Shown: positions 63,511 through 64,000 of the stretch, piece by piece
How the letters are laid out: the number at the start of each line of letters is the position of its first letter
Numbering within the stretch: position 1 is the first letter of the stretch
Source of the DNA: Eledone cirrhosa
Lineage: Eukaryota
DNA: 64,000 bases
Reading direction: 5' to 3'
Assembly: GCA_964016885.1 (NCBI GenBank)
Contig: OZ024743.1
Span: 224,316,001-224,380,000, forward strand
Notes under the pieces: generated by a model
What the model was told of the DNA's origin: nothing
Database searches by the model: none
Seen by the model: only the letters and a program-made list of their open reading frames with translations
Made by a program: the position numbers and the translations under genes

Positions 63511-64000
63511 AACTATGGACAACTCCTAAACTAACATGCATACACATCAAAAATGTTACACCAATGCAAATAGAGAGACAATATAACTAGAGTAATATTT
63601 AACCACACAACAGTGACTATAACAACAACACAAGTGTGACACAGCAATCACCATAGCAACAAAGCTGCAGAAGGCCATGATCACAACTACGATATAATAA
63701 TTACTTTAGTACAATCATAACCATACCCAAGTTAATTTATATGCTTTATAAGCAAGGGCAGAGCTCAGTATTCAGCTGTAGATTCATATATCTTTATAGA
63801 TTTTTTCTATCCTGCTGTTCAAGATATTACAGTCCAAGCTGGTTCTTAATTGGAGTTATTGCTCTTCTAAATTGGTCAGAGAACCATGTTCCACTTGTGT
63901 GGTTTCTAACACCAACAGCTTTACATAGTGTATAGGGTGCATTTTATCATGGCACCAAAATAAGTGAGATTGTTAATGTCCTGGTCAGATTCTAGTTTCT

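Overview
AT-rich, repeat-dense eukaryotic (animal) genomic DNA. The SINE/RTE/Penelope repertoire suggests a cephalopod such as octopus (inference). The main feature is a minus-strand PDGF/VEGF-receptor-family tyrosine kinase gene (VEGFR/Pvr-like). I assembled 21 GT-AG coding exons with fully consistent phases (53552 down to the TGA at 16870; 3159 nt, about 1052 aa: end of one Ig domain, four further Ig domains, TM helix, split kinase, C-tail). Its 5' exons appear to lie outside the window. Introns and flanks hold a near-full-length CR1-group LINE, RTE and CRE LINE pieces, tRNA-derived SINEs, TTAA piggyBac-type MITEs, Helitrons, satellites and Penelope-like (PLE) remnants. Most notable: (1) the CR1-group LINE has an ATG-less ORF2 that opens in the -1 frame right at an HIV-type U-UUU-UUA slippery heptamer in ORF1, suggesting programmed -1 frameshifting; (2) at least four sequence-distinct type I hammerhead ribozyme families, including a U3-A8 compensatory core variant carried on spacerless palindromes (one about 2.6 kb); (3) a 30-nt frame-preserving microexon in a receptor Ig domain.
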